A program made the translations under genes and the position numbers. From assembly GCF_009834535.1 (NCBI RefSeq), contig NC_045707.1, positions 46,998,001 through 47,062,000 of the forward strand: a DNA stretch of 64,000 bases, read 5' to 3'. Under the pieces are notes generated by a model. It had not been told where the DNA came from, searched no databases, and saw only the letters and a list, made by a program, of their open reading frames with translations. The DNA is from Camelus ferus (Eukaryota). Shown piece after piece: positions 26,734 to 38,148 of the stretch (positions are counted from its first letter, which is position 1; every line of letters begins with the position of its first letter).

Positions 26734-27117
26734 ATTCTCCATCCCTCTTAATTTTCTCATTCTTGCCATATTTTTAGTCACTTTGTTAATTATTAACATT
26801 CTTATTGCCTGATGGACAAAGAAAATAAAATGAGAGAACAGCTGGGTTTTCTGTCCACAGTTCTAGTAAAGGAGACTGAATGGGGAGAAAGTTGCAACTG
26901 TTATAGATGTGTTTACAGGTTTCAATTATCCCCATTCTCTCTGCCCCTTATTACTGCAGATAACTGAGAAGATACCCTAATCAAATGTGTAAAACACAAA
27001 CATGTTTTCTGATCAAATATAGAATCAATGGCCACAACCTGAAAATAGAAATGAGGCAAAAGAAGCTATGCTAGAAAACTGAGAAGCAAGGGTCAAGTTC
27101 ATTAAACGGCAGAGGGG

Positions 27118-28036
27118 GAAAATGGACAGAGGACCTGAATAGACATTTTTCTAAAGAAGACTTACAGATGGCCAACAGACACATGAAAATATCCTTAACA
27201 TCACTAATCATTAGGGAAATACACATCACAACCACAAGATACCACCTCACACCTCTCAGAATGGCCATCATCAAAAATACAACAAATAACAAGTCTTGGC
27301 AAGGATGTGGAGGAAAGAAATCTCATGCACTATTGGTGGGAATGTAAATTGGTGCAGCTGCCATGGAAAACAATGCGGAGATTTCTCAAAATTTAAAAAA
27401 TGCAACTACCACATGATCCAGCAATTTTTCTTCTGGGTATTTACTCAAAGAAAACAAAAACACTAAACTGACCAGATACATGCAGCCCCATGTTTGTTGC
27501 AGCATTATTTATAGTAGCCAAGACATGGAGGCAACTGAAGTATCCTTCAATGGATGGATAAAGAAAATGTGATACATATATACACAATGGAATACTATTT
27601 AGCCATTAAAAAAGAATGAAATCTTTCCATTTGTGACAACATGGGTGGACCTTGAGGGCATTACACTAAGTGAAATGAGTCAGAGGAAAACACCATGATC
27701 TCACTTATATGTGGAATCTTAAAACAAAACAAACAAACAAAACAAAGTGAAAACAGACCCACAGATACAGAGAACAGCTGGATGGTAAAGGAAGGAGATG
27801 GGCAGAGTAGGTGAAGGGAATTAAGAGGTACAAACTTCTAGTTATAAGTCAAGGGGCTGTGATACACAGCATAAGGAATATGGTCAATAATACTGTAACA
27901 ACTTTGTAGGGGAACAGATGGTTACTAGACTTATTGTGGAGATCATTTCAAAATGTATTTAAACGTCGAATCGCTATGCTGTACACCTGAAATGAATGTA
28001 ATATTGTACATCAACTATACTTTAATTTTTAAAAAG
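27118..28036 (+). mobile_element. L1 3' fragment (L1MA-like)
   Basis: AGACATTTTTCTAAAGAAGAC...ACCACCTCACACC ORF2 end, 3' UTR and A-tail. Confidence 0.9.
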
Positions 28037-31012
28037 ATGACAGAGGGAATGTTAAAAAGGGAAGTCAAACAACTCCCCCAGGCAGCAATAACATGGGAAA
28101 TACTTTTCTGAATGTAAAGATCACAGCAGCTCTCTAGACCAAAATCTAAGCAGGAAAAAGCATACGGAAATAACAGAAGGGAAAATCGTTTAGCAAAATG
28201 TTAATTTTTATCTTAACATGGTTGGAAACCGGGGAGATACAAATTTTGTGAAATTCTTTGACAGAGTCCCACTCTCTCTGCCAAGAAAGGGGCTCTTTAG
28301 GAGGTATTTATGTGAGACGGACCAGGGAGGTAGCTGGCAGTGTTTCCTTCCCTCTCTCTAGGATGCTGGTGTGCCTCCCCTTCCCTCTGTTTCTAACAGA
28401 ATCAGCACCACGTGAGCAATACTTCACAAAGGGTTCTCCTGATCCTTGGGGCAAGTCAGAGTTCCTGCAAGTTAAGGATGTAGTTCAGAGTGAGAGTTTC
28501 TGTCAAAGCAAGTTTTATCTTTATGGCTCAAGTAAATGTTTATTGCCGTGAACCCCATTCTCTGTGATGACACTCGTGTGACCCAGCCTCTCTCATTGAC
28601 AAAGCTCCCGAAGACATAAGAAGGAAAACCCAGGTTTATTCCGTGATTTCAGCTTCCTTACTATCTAGGCATCTGGGACTCCTGGGCTTTTGAGAAGCTA
28701 CTGTAGCAACAGCTGTTACTTTACTTTAGTAATAAAGTTAAGTAAACTGAACTCAAGCCACATAGAGGAAAAAATTAGAAAAATCAAAAATATGTGAAGA
28801 TGAGAATACAAGGAAACCATGCCTACGTAGGAGGAGAAAAATGAAACTATCACAGAATCATTTTTTCGGAAGATACCCAGAAGGGAAGGAACAGAGGGTG
28901 TTTCCATTCCATTCAAACGAAAGGCACCTTAGTGAAGAGGCAGCTTCTGACACGTTACATTAAAAGACAAAAATGTGCCCATGACAGAAGTGTGGCAGTT
29001 GGGGATGGCTACTTGCTTTAAACCCTGAAAGGAATCAAAGAAAGGGACAAAGAGACATTTACCTTTACAGTATCCAAACTCAAGGTGAAGGGAATTAACT
29101 CGCTTTCTTTGGCGTATAATATGGTCAGTGGGGCTGTCAGATGAGCTAACAGGGTAAGGAAGAGAGTAAAGTAGGACAGAACTGAGCCATGAGGCCCAGA
29201 AGGAAGAGTGGACTTCCCTGGTGAGGACCGGAGCTGGGCATCACGGGCATTGGGCATCGCCGGCTGTGCATGAGTCTCACCTGGCAGAGGCAGAAATGAG
29301 GTCACAAAACAGCATGGATGGCAGGGTTTCGATTTTAAAACAGCAAATAGATTAGAAACATTGAGAAATGGAAATGAACAGAAAACCCTGATGTGGATCA
29401 AGGCACCACGAAAGCCAGCAGAAGCTGATTTTTCTGGATTCGGTGGATGGAGCCGAGAACCGGGAATTAGCCCACAGTCTATTCCCAAGGCCTGCCATCT
29501 AAATTTTAAAGGAAGGAAAACGTGATGTTCAGAGAACTGTAGGGCTTACAGGGTAGCCAGAGAAGAGTACCGAAGATTGAAACAAAGGGCAGGAGGGTGC
29601 AGCTTTTACAAATACTAAACCTGAGATTAAGGTATCTGTGTTCAAACACAAACTCTGCCTGGACTTGCTGGGCTGAGGGTGAGTGTGTTTGGGTGCACGC
29701 CAATCTCCTGACCGCCCGGGTCTGCGTGTCTTCCTTAGTAAAACCTCAAAACTAAACTATTTCATCTGAAACGTGCTTTCGAGCTTTAAAGTTTTAGGAA
29801 GTGAAAAACTGGGAGAGGAGAAGACAAGCCTCTTAGTAAACGAAAGGCCTAGAATGGATGACAACACCTTTTTTGCTCCAAAGGCTGGAGAAGACCTCTC
29901 AGAGACAAGAGAGGTCTCAGCACAGCTGTTAGATGTCACCACAGCCATTCAACCCCCCCAACCTCCTGTGCCTGAACCCACAGCAGAGAAGGGCACCGCC
30001 TGATCTCCGGACATTCCATCCCGTGGATTATTTGATGACGTCTCTGTCTCCCACCGTCCTACCAGGGTACAATTTTCTAAAAGCAGAGAAAATCCTTCCC
30101 AAGAAAATAAACACTCCCAAACAACTGTCCCATTCTGTTACCTATTTGGATTACATAATTGCTATGAAGTCAAGACTTTCTTACTGACACGCCAGAAAAG
30201 ACCTCTCAGCTCATACACTGAACTGCCTTTTCTCCACTGTCCAAGGCCCTAAAAATCTCCAAGTCCCTAAAAAGCAGTCCCCAATGCCCACTGTGATGGA
30301 AACAAAAAATTCCACTGCCTCAACTCTGCTCAGAATGGAAACTCAGATCAAAATATTTTACATCCATGAGGAGATAGAAGATCTGTATACTATATTCTTC
30401 AACAATAACAATAATACATACCTTTACTGATGCCCCAAACTGCCCTTCATAGAATGGAGAACACTGGATATGTTTTCTGGTTCTTTTGAGGTTAATTTAG
30501 ACAAGTGTACAATCTTAACTATTTCGTCTGGCCAATCTGTAAAATGGGGCCACTGATAATCGGTAAATGGCATCATTTACCAGTCACCAGGAAAAACAGT
30601 TAACCCCCTCCTGACCTAACCCTGAACTAGAAAAAGAACCACTAGGCCAAGCTGACTCAAATCCCACAGAGCACAACGCTAATTAAGACACCTATACTTT
30701 TCCGATGGAGGCAGCACTAAAAAGGCTGAGGGTTCCTTTTACTGCCTGCTCTGACTTGTTCATCTGGATCAATGTAGAAATAGCAGCAATTTGCTCTTTG
30801 TAATTCCTCTCCAGGAATAAAAAGGACTAGGATATTCCTGGAATGCCTCCTTACTCACAAATCAGAAGGCATACCTCCTAGAGACACTGTACTTCGCTCT
30901 GTTTGGTCCATGTGGAGATTAAATGAGATAATGCATGGAAAGCGCTGAGCAAGAATCTGGCACACAATAAACAATAAATCAATGATGTTAGTAATTGTTA
31001 TACACACATACA

Positions 31013-31057
31013 CAAAACCAAAACCAAAACCAAAACCAAAAACAAAACAAAAAAAAG
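31013..31057. repeat. (CAAAAC)n/A-rich simple repeat
   Basis: CAAAAC x4 followed by CAAAA units. Confidence 0.85.
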
Positions 31058-31619
31058 GGAGGACTGTTTCCTGATGCCTATCAGCTTACTTGGAATAGGG
31101 AGGATTGAAACATAGGCAATAATAGTTTCACACCACACCCCAGAGATGTCTTTGCCGTCCTCTGGTTTTCTTGTAATTGGTCCCTTGCTAGTAATCATGA
31201 AGAACTTTCGACAGTGCCACAGGTAGTCACTCCCCACTCTCCACCTCTCAATAACAGCAGCAGCAGAAGGTTTGAAACAATGAGAAGAGAAATGCAAAAG
31301 ACCTTAAAGAAATTCCACAAAGCCCCTTGGCACTGATCATGTGGAAGTTTTGCCAGAAAAGTCAAATATCCCACACTAAACCAGGGTTGTTGGTGGAGAA
31401 AAAGGGTAACTAAAGCACAGAAGCTGAACAACCAATGGAAAGATTATCTCCCCGTCAGAAACCAAACCCTAAGAGTCTAGTTCTTCTGTAAATTTTAGGC
31501 TACAGATAAATTCTTCCTAAGGCACACCTAGCAATCTCTTGTGTTTGGCTCTGCTGTTTGGACACGCATAGTTATGTTTTCCTTCCAGGCACAAAACCGG
31601 TTTTCAAGAGCTTCATGAA

Positions 31620-33187
31620 AATATTCACATTTTTCATGATATGCGATAAGCACGTTTTACTATAACTGAATTTTCTAATTCGCTTGGGGCACCTTCCCAG
31701 TGACGTACCAGAGTATACAGCTGTGCAGGACGTTTCTTTTTTTTAAGGTGGAAAAATGAATAACGTCTGGACTCCAGAGAACATGGTATATTTGCAACAG
31801 TCATGAGACTGTGGCTAAAAAATGGCCATAAAACTTTTATTTTTTATCTTGTGCTGTGTCCACTCAACCTATAAAAGGCCATGTCACAATTTTTGTAGTT
31901 TCTAAACCAGGTTTTTGTAAACACAGAGGGCATTAGTGTTATGCCTATTCAACTTGTAAAAGACCAGGCCACTTGGCAATTCTTGTAGTTTCTAAACTAT
32001 GCTTTCCAAAATGCAAAGGACAAGGGTGATCCGTCGCTTTAGGAAAGGGCAAGTAACATTCTACCTCTGGCTGAGTATCTCGCTTATTTCACTCGACCTA
32101 AGTTTTTATGGCAACCCTCTATTACCAGGAAAGTGTATGTCCCCTGCCATTCAAAGTAATAAGTGCAACTTGTAAAAGTCAGGGTTTTTTTTTTTTATTT
32201 GATACATTCTAATCAAATGGTAACAGCAGTAAATAAACACTTTGAAAAACAGGCAGGTATCCCCCTAGATCTGGAAGAAAATTAGGTCAAAATATTCTAC
32301 ATGGTAGAAGGGAGACAACTGCTGATGTCCATGGTTAGACCACTTGGAAATTTCTAAAGCCACTGCAGAAAAATCAATGGCAACAGGTGGGGACACAGTT
32401 ACTTCAGGGGGTAAAACGTCTCTATCTACATGGTTTTATTAACAGGGATTGAGTTGCACCTGTATAGCATGACATTCTTGTCTTTAGCCTTAGAGGAAAA
32501 GATGAAGTCTTTTCCGTTTGCACCAGTTTGAAAATGTTCTGAAATAAGGCTCCCTTGAAATGGATTACTACAGTACTCATCCACATGAGAGAGTTCATAC
32601 ATGTAGTAAAAAGACAAATACAGGATTTCATGGTCACTTTTTTGGTTGATTTGGTTAATTGCATAAAATGAAGGATAAATACTCACAAGCATATCTGTTT
32701 AACAAAACTCCTAAGTACACCAGAATGCAAAATATCCAAAGTCCTAAAATAGATTCTGATCACCAGGCATACAAAACTGAAGTTAAGCTGGTGTCAGTCT
32801 GGTTCCTTCCACTTCTTCAGCACTCCCAAGCAGAGCTCTTTCTCTACTACCGGCGCTAGGACACTGCGCCTAACAGGAAGGAAGCTCAGAAAGGCATAGT
32901 GTTCTGATAAAACGTTTCTTCAGCCTTTACTTGGGACATTTGATTTTTAGCTTAAAAGGATCAACTGGTCTTGGTGAGCCTTAGGAAGGGAAGCATCACT
33001 CAGGTAAAAATATTTAGGGGACTTTTAAATATCTAGCTACCTCACCACACATTTAAATTAGATTGACTTCAGCTGTTCTGAGAATTCCACGTAGTTATCC
33101 AGAGCCGTCTCTCAAGTTTTGGTTCTCTTTTACATAGCTGCATTCGGAGATACTCTATAGGAGGCATGTTTAGAAAAAGAGAAACAC
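31620..33187 (-). other. SOCS2: SOCS2 3' UTR with several candidate polyadenylation signals
   Basis: Repeat-free AT-rich sequence after the stop. Minus-strand AATAAA at 32440-32435, ~32199-32194 and 31841-31836; AGTAAA at 31661-31656. The distal end is inferred. Confidence 0.6.
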
Positions 33188-33645
33188 TTATACCTGGAAT
33201 TTATATTCTTCCAAATAATCTTTTAGTCTTGTTGGTAAAGGCAGTCCCCAGATGGTACCAGTACATTTGTTAATGGTGAGTCTACAGAGATGCTGCAGAG
33301 GTGGTGCTGATGTGTAGAGAGGTTTGGTCAGATAAAGGTGAACAGTGCCGTTCCGGGGGGCTTCTGGGCCCGTCCGCTTATCCTTGCACATCTGAACATA
33401 GTAGTCGATCAGATGAACCACACTGTCAAATTGTTTAAGCTTGGACTTGACACATATGATAGAGTCCAATCTGAATTTCCCATCTTGGTATTCGATGCGA
33501 AGATTAGTTGGTCCAGCTGATGTTTTAACAGATATTGTTAGTAGATAGTCTGAATGCGAACTATCTCTAATCAAGAAAGTTCCTTCTGGTGCCTCTTTTA
33601 ATTTCTCTTTGGCTTCATTAACAGTCATACTTCCCCAGTACCAGC
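33188..33645 (-). CDS. SOCS2: SOCS2 second coding exon (SH2 domain + SOCS box, aa 47-198)
   Basis: Acceptor CCCCAG|GC before 33645; reads GWYWGSMTVNEAKEKL...FLIRDS...LQHLCRLTINK...LPLPTRLKDYLEEYKFQV*. 139+458=597 nt = 198 aa + stop. R73, R96 and C111 present. Confidence 0.98.
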
Positions 33646-35337
33646 CTGGGGTTTTTGTTCAAAAAAAAAAAAAAAAAAAAAAAGGAAAGAAACAAAGAAA
33701 GAAAAGAGGGTAAAGTAGTTATTATAGAGAATTTTTAAAATAGAGCAAGTACTTGGCAACAATTTTTCTAGCCCTAAAAAGAGGTTTGCAAGTGAAAGTT
33801 TCCCAGAGGCTACCATAAATACTTTCTGTAGAAACTGAATGAAAACATAGGTCCATTTTCTTTTCCCAAACTGTGAGCCAGTTTTCTTTTTTAAAAAGTA
33901 ACTTTCTGTAGCTGTTCTTTAAACTCTCTTAAGATTTTTCTCCTAAGGAAACAAAAGAATGTTTCCAATATGACACACTGGCTGTCCAAGACTGATGCTC
34001 CTACACTATTCAAGCAAATCAAAGATTTAAAGTAAACTGGAAATAAACCAGAAGTTAGAAATAAAAGCCATGCCCTTAAAAAGTGGAAAACCCAATTCCT
34101 GTAATTCCAACAGAGTAAAAACAGAAACAACCTTTTGGATGGTTGGTGTCCACCCCCACTCTCCCTAAACCTGTTAATGACTTGCATACATCTCATTTCA
34201 AAGCCCTGGAAAGCACCACTATTTACTGGTTTTAAACGTGCAGTTCTAGAACAATAGCTTCTGTTTGCCGTTTTGACTACAACTACCTTATCAGCCATTG
34301 AGAAACGAGAAAGCCTAATTAATAATTAGTACTTCAAGTTTACAATCTTCCATAAACTCTTGGGACTTTGCCCTAATCCAAATCCAATCACAACCGTCGG
34401 TCACCCCAGCATTCTCTGCCTGCACCTCCTCCCTGGCCCATCCAGTCTTCAAAAAGGACTTATCGACCTTTTGCCTTTTAAAAGTTTGAACAATGGTCCT
34501 TCACCTCCCCCAACCCCCACAAAGAAAATTGCTGGGATACCTGCAATCTGCCGGTTCCTCCCGCTGGGGGAAAGCCCGTGGCCTGCACGGAAAGACCGGA
34601 ACCGCAAGTGAAGGGACTTTTCCCTCTCCCTAGTGCTACCAAAACTTCAACTTTGCCCCAAACGTAAGTTTTTAGGATCCAGATTTTGAAAGTCTGCATG
34701 GTCTGCCAGAATTTTTTTTTTTTCAATCTTTTCTTCTGTCAGATGCCGAGAGACCACAGCGTAAAGCGCAAGAATGCACGTAAAACAAGCAAGGCCACTC
34801 TCGGCGGGGGATTCTCAGTCCGCGCTCCTCCGGCCTCTGTGGCAGCAGCCTGCGCGGCAATCTGTCCGTCCCTGAACTTGGTCGCCAAGATTCCAGGCTG
34901 CAGCGGCTGCCCGGCCCGGGAGCCGGATGCAGCTGAAGCTGCTGGCAGCGCAGCGCCCTTTCGCCGCTCTCGCACCCCTCGGACAGGAAAAGCGTCGGGC
35001 ACTATCTGCGGCTAGGGTCTGGGCCCGAGTGCCGAACCCCAAGCAGCCGCGATAAATAGTTAAGGTTCCACAGCCTTAAGAGGCGATTTCCCAGGAGCGA
35101 CTCTCGTGCTCTAAACTCCCCTAGGCCTCTGAGTCCCTCGAGAACCACTTTTCTTTCGCATTCCCAAGGATCCAGGGCCGTGCGGGCATCCTCTTCGCAG
35201 TCCCCCGCCCTGCGGAGGGGAAGGGAAGCGACTGCTTCCCACGTCGGCCCCACTTCCCAGCCTCTCCAGCACAGCCTCAGCCGCGTCTCTGGGGAGGCGC
35301 CCCCTCTCGCACGCGTCGCGGCCAGTCCGCTCCATAC

Positions 35338-35476
35338 CTGTTTGACTGAGCTCCCGAAGGGCCTTCGCCAGACACGCCGCCTCCGGGGACGGCTCCTCCG
35401 CCGATCCCGAGGTCCCCCACTGTCCCTGCGTCCCTTCTGCGCCATTCCCGGAGGGCTCGAGGCACCGCAGGGTCAT
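35338..35476 (-). CDS. SOCS2: Suppressor of cytokine signaling 2, first coding exon (aa 1-46, phase 1)
   Basis: Translates MTLRCLEPSGNGAEGTQGQWGTSGSAEEPSPEAACLAKALRELSQT(G), the SOCS2 N-terminus/ESS. ATG at 35476-35474; donor CAG|GTATGG after 35338; 139 nt. Confidence 0.97.
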
Positions 35477-35698
35477 GGGAGAAGGGTCACGGCGGCAAAG
35501 ACAGGTGGCCGCCCGAGCTGAGGTCAGAGAGGGGCACGCGTCCTTCTTGGAAGTCAGTGGGAACCCCAAAACGAATCCCTGAGGGGTCCCCGAAATGCTG
35601 GTGGAGGAGGAGGAGATGGGGAGCTGCTGGTTCTTCCTCCCCGGGTCCTGGTGCACGGATGGCAAAATCCCCCGCAGGCGCGGTCACGCACAGTTTGC
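35477..35698 (-). other. SOCS2: 5' UTR portion of the first SOCS2 coding exon
   Basis: Polypyrimidine acceptor CTTTCTCTTTGTAG|GCAAAC, exon starting at 35698; no ATG between the acceptor and the start codon. Confidence 0.75.
35544..35552. promoter_or_regulatory. Consensus STAT5 site in the SOCS2 5' UTR
   Basis: TTCTTGGAA (TTCYNRGAA) inside the CpG island; function inferred only. Confidence 0.5.
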
Positions 35699-36473
35699 CT
35701 ACAAAGAGAAAGTGGAGGGTTGGGTCAGTCGGAACTGGACCCCAGCGGCTGGGGTGTGGGTGGAGGGACAGATACGTGGAAAATCCCGGGGACGACTCCG
35801 CGTCTGTACTCCTGCACCATTTAACCCCAAGCATCCAGTTACTGCCCTCGCCCGCTCTACAGAAAAAAGGATAAAGAGAGAGCATGGATCCAAGACGCAA
35901 GAGTTGAGAGGGGCTGGTGAGCAGGGTAAGGGTGAGGAGCGGGTGTTTTCCCGCCCAGGGCCGCTAGCTGAAATCGCAGACTAGAAAAGCAGAGTCACCT
36001 GCGGGTACGGTGGTAAATAGGCCCTAGTCAAGGACAAGTAGAAAAAAATTTAAAGGAAAGAACAGAAGTCCCCAAATTGGCACTCCTATCTCACACTCCG
36101 CACAGCCCAGAGAGCCGCAGAAGGAAGCACCCCGCACAAACCTAGTTCCCCGCCCTACAGCGCCTCTGGGCTCCCAGGGCAGAGCCCGCAGCCCCGGGCG
36201 CAGAGGCGAGGAAGCTGCGGCAACCCTGCCACACAGGCTGCCTCGCTCCCCTCCCCCGCACTTTCCGGCGCTCGCTTGGGGCAGGGGTGGGGGGCGCCGT
36301 GGCCACAGCTCCCGAAGCCCGGCGGCTGCTTCTGTTGCCGCCGCGGGCGCTGTCGAGGAATCAGCCCGAGCGCGCAGCCTTCGCGGGGACTCCGAACCTC
36401 GACCAGAGCCGGGGCGGAGCAGGAGGCAGCGTGAGCAGCGGGACGTGCTAGACAACCAACGCCGAGCCCTTAC

Positions 36474-36700
36474 CTCGGCCCCAGCCGCTGCCGCCGCCTC
36501 CGCACCAGGCAGTCTCCCTAGCCGACATGGGGCGGGGGAGACGGGAGGGGCCCGGGAGGAGGGGTGTCTGCCCGAGTTTCCCCTGTTGACTTTTAATTTG
36601 GGAACGAGATGCCTGGGGGTGCAACGAGCCCTGCGCTCAGCGGCAGGGGCGGCGGGAGCTCTCTACGCAGAGGGCAAACATAAGCCCCAGGAACCACCGC
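36474..36700 (-). other. SOCS2: Candidate proximal non-coding first exon of SOCS2
   Basis: Strong donor GAG|GTAAGG after 36474; TSS inferred. Confidence 0.55.
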
Positions 36701-37119
36701 CTCAACCCGCCGGGCTCGGACACCCCCTCCGGGCTCAGACACCCCGGATCCAGGGCAGCCACTTAGTTTCCCTCCGGCTGCGACCAAGGAGATGGGAAGG
36801 AGAGAGGGAAGGAGGAAGGAGCCAGGGCGGGAGGCGGGCGAGTGGGGAGGAGCGGGAGATCAGGTTATTAGGAGGATTATTAATTTGGATGGCATTTTAG
36901 AGGAGAAAAAAATAAAAAAAACTCTGGAGACTTCTAGACGCTGGGAAGGAACCGGAGAAAGAAGGCAGTAGCTCTCGGCCTCGGGGTAGAACCGCAGCTC
37001 GGACTCTTCCCCGGCAGCTCCAAACTACGGAAGCCAAGTCTGCCCGGGCTCGCGGCCGCGCCCGGGTGCCCTCCCCAGCTCTAATAGGGGCGGAGCCGTC
37101 GGGCTCCCCGGACCGGTAC

Positions 37120-37330
37120 CTGCCACCAGCCCCGGCCCGAGCTCCTCCGGCACCCCAGCTGCGGGCGAAGGGGATCTTGAGGCTGTGCGCCCGGGGCTCC
37201 GGCGCGAACTCTCCGCTGCCCGCGCAGCACCAGTGGCGGCGGGCAAGGAAGCTCATGCTTCAAGGGAAGCCCAAGGCCCGCGAGCCGCAGCGGCGGCGAG
37301 ACTAGAGTTAAACGTCTGTCCACAGAGCGA
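37120..37330 (-). other. SOCS2: Candidate alternative non-coding first exon of SOCS2
   Basis: Donor CAG|GTACCG after 37120, downstream of the E-box/STAT5 element; TSS inferred. Confidence 0.4.
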
Positions 37331-37433
37331 TGTGTACGCTCGACTTCCCAGACCGACGCGCCTCCCTAGCTCCCCGCCTCCCTCCCTGGTCCGCGCTCCC
37401 CGCGCGCCCTGCCCGGCGGCTGCGGAGGCCGCT

Positions 37434-37467
37434 TTCCAGGAACTTTCCAGGAATCCGCCTCACGTGA
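37434..37467 (-). promoter_or_regulatory. E-box followed by tandem STAT5 (GAS) sites; GH/STAT5-responsive element of SOCS2
   Basis: TTCCAGGAA at 37434-37442 and 37445-37453, TCACGTGA at 37460-37467. Matches the described E-box plus tandem STAT5b element in the SOCS2 first intron. Confidence 0.88.
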
Positions 37468-38148
37468 CCGCGGCCCCCGCTACTGCTTTAAAGAGCCTCT
37501 TGCGCTAATGCGCAGGCTTCGGGGGAGACGGACTCAGAGCGCTCTCCAGGGCCGGCCGGGGTTGGGTGGATGCCTGGGAATCTGCCCTCCTCTGACCCTA
37601 CGCCTCGGAGTGCTCGGAAACGCGCAGGAGAAGCCCCCAGCCGCCACCGTCAGGGTTTCAGCGGCCGGAGCCTGCCCCCAACCCGTGCCAGCTGTGTGCG
37701 GAGGTTAAGCGGATAGCAGACCTCCTCGCCCCTCGGTCCTCCGTACTGAGGGGTAGTGGTCTTTTCCATCCCTCCGCGCCTTCTCGGAGCGACTCTCCAG
37801 GCAGCACATTCTGTGAAGGGGGGTGGTGCAGGAGAAACTGGAGGTCCTCAGAAATGGCCCCTCCCGCTCTGACACATTAATGGGGTGGGGGAGCCGCCTC
37901 TCCAGCCCCCGCGCCCACGCCTGGGAGTCCCGGGGAGCGGGCCGCTGGCGGGCCTCTCTGCCCAGGTCTTAGAGGGCTGCCCGGGGGCGGAGAGCAGCGC
38001 CTCCTTAAGCGGCGCTGGCCGCTCTCAGTCCCCTCCCCCCGGAGGTCCTGCTCGCGATCTCCCGCACCCGCCCTGCCCGGCTCCTCCCTCCCTCCTACTC
38101 TCCGCCCCACCGTCTCCTTCCGGCAGCCCGGCAGCCCTACGGACTCAC

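Noticed and set aside
24334..29488. ORFs of 135-160 aa (24334-24816, 24848-25255, 29018-29488)
   Set aside because: No recognisable homology or exon structure; one spans an L2/LTR junction.
33188..33628. 146-aa ORF taken as the whole SOCS2 protein
   Set aside because: It begins at internal Met53; the true exon starts at 33645 and splices to the upstream coding exon.
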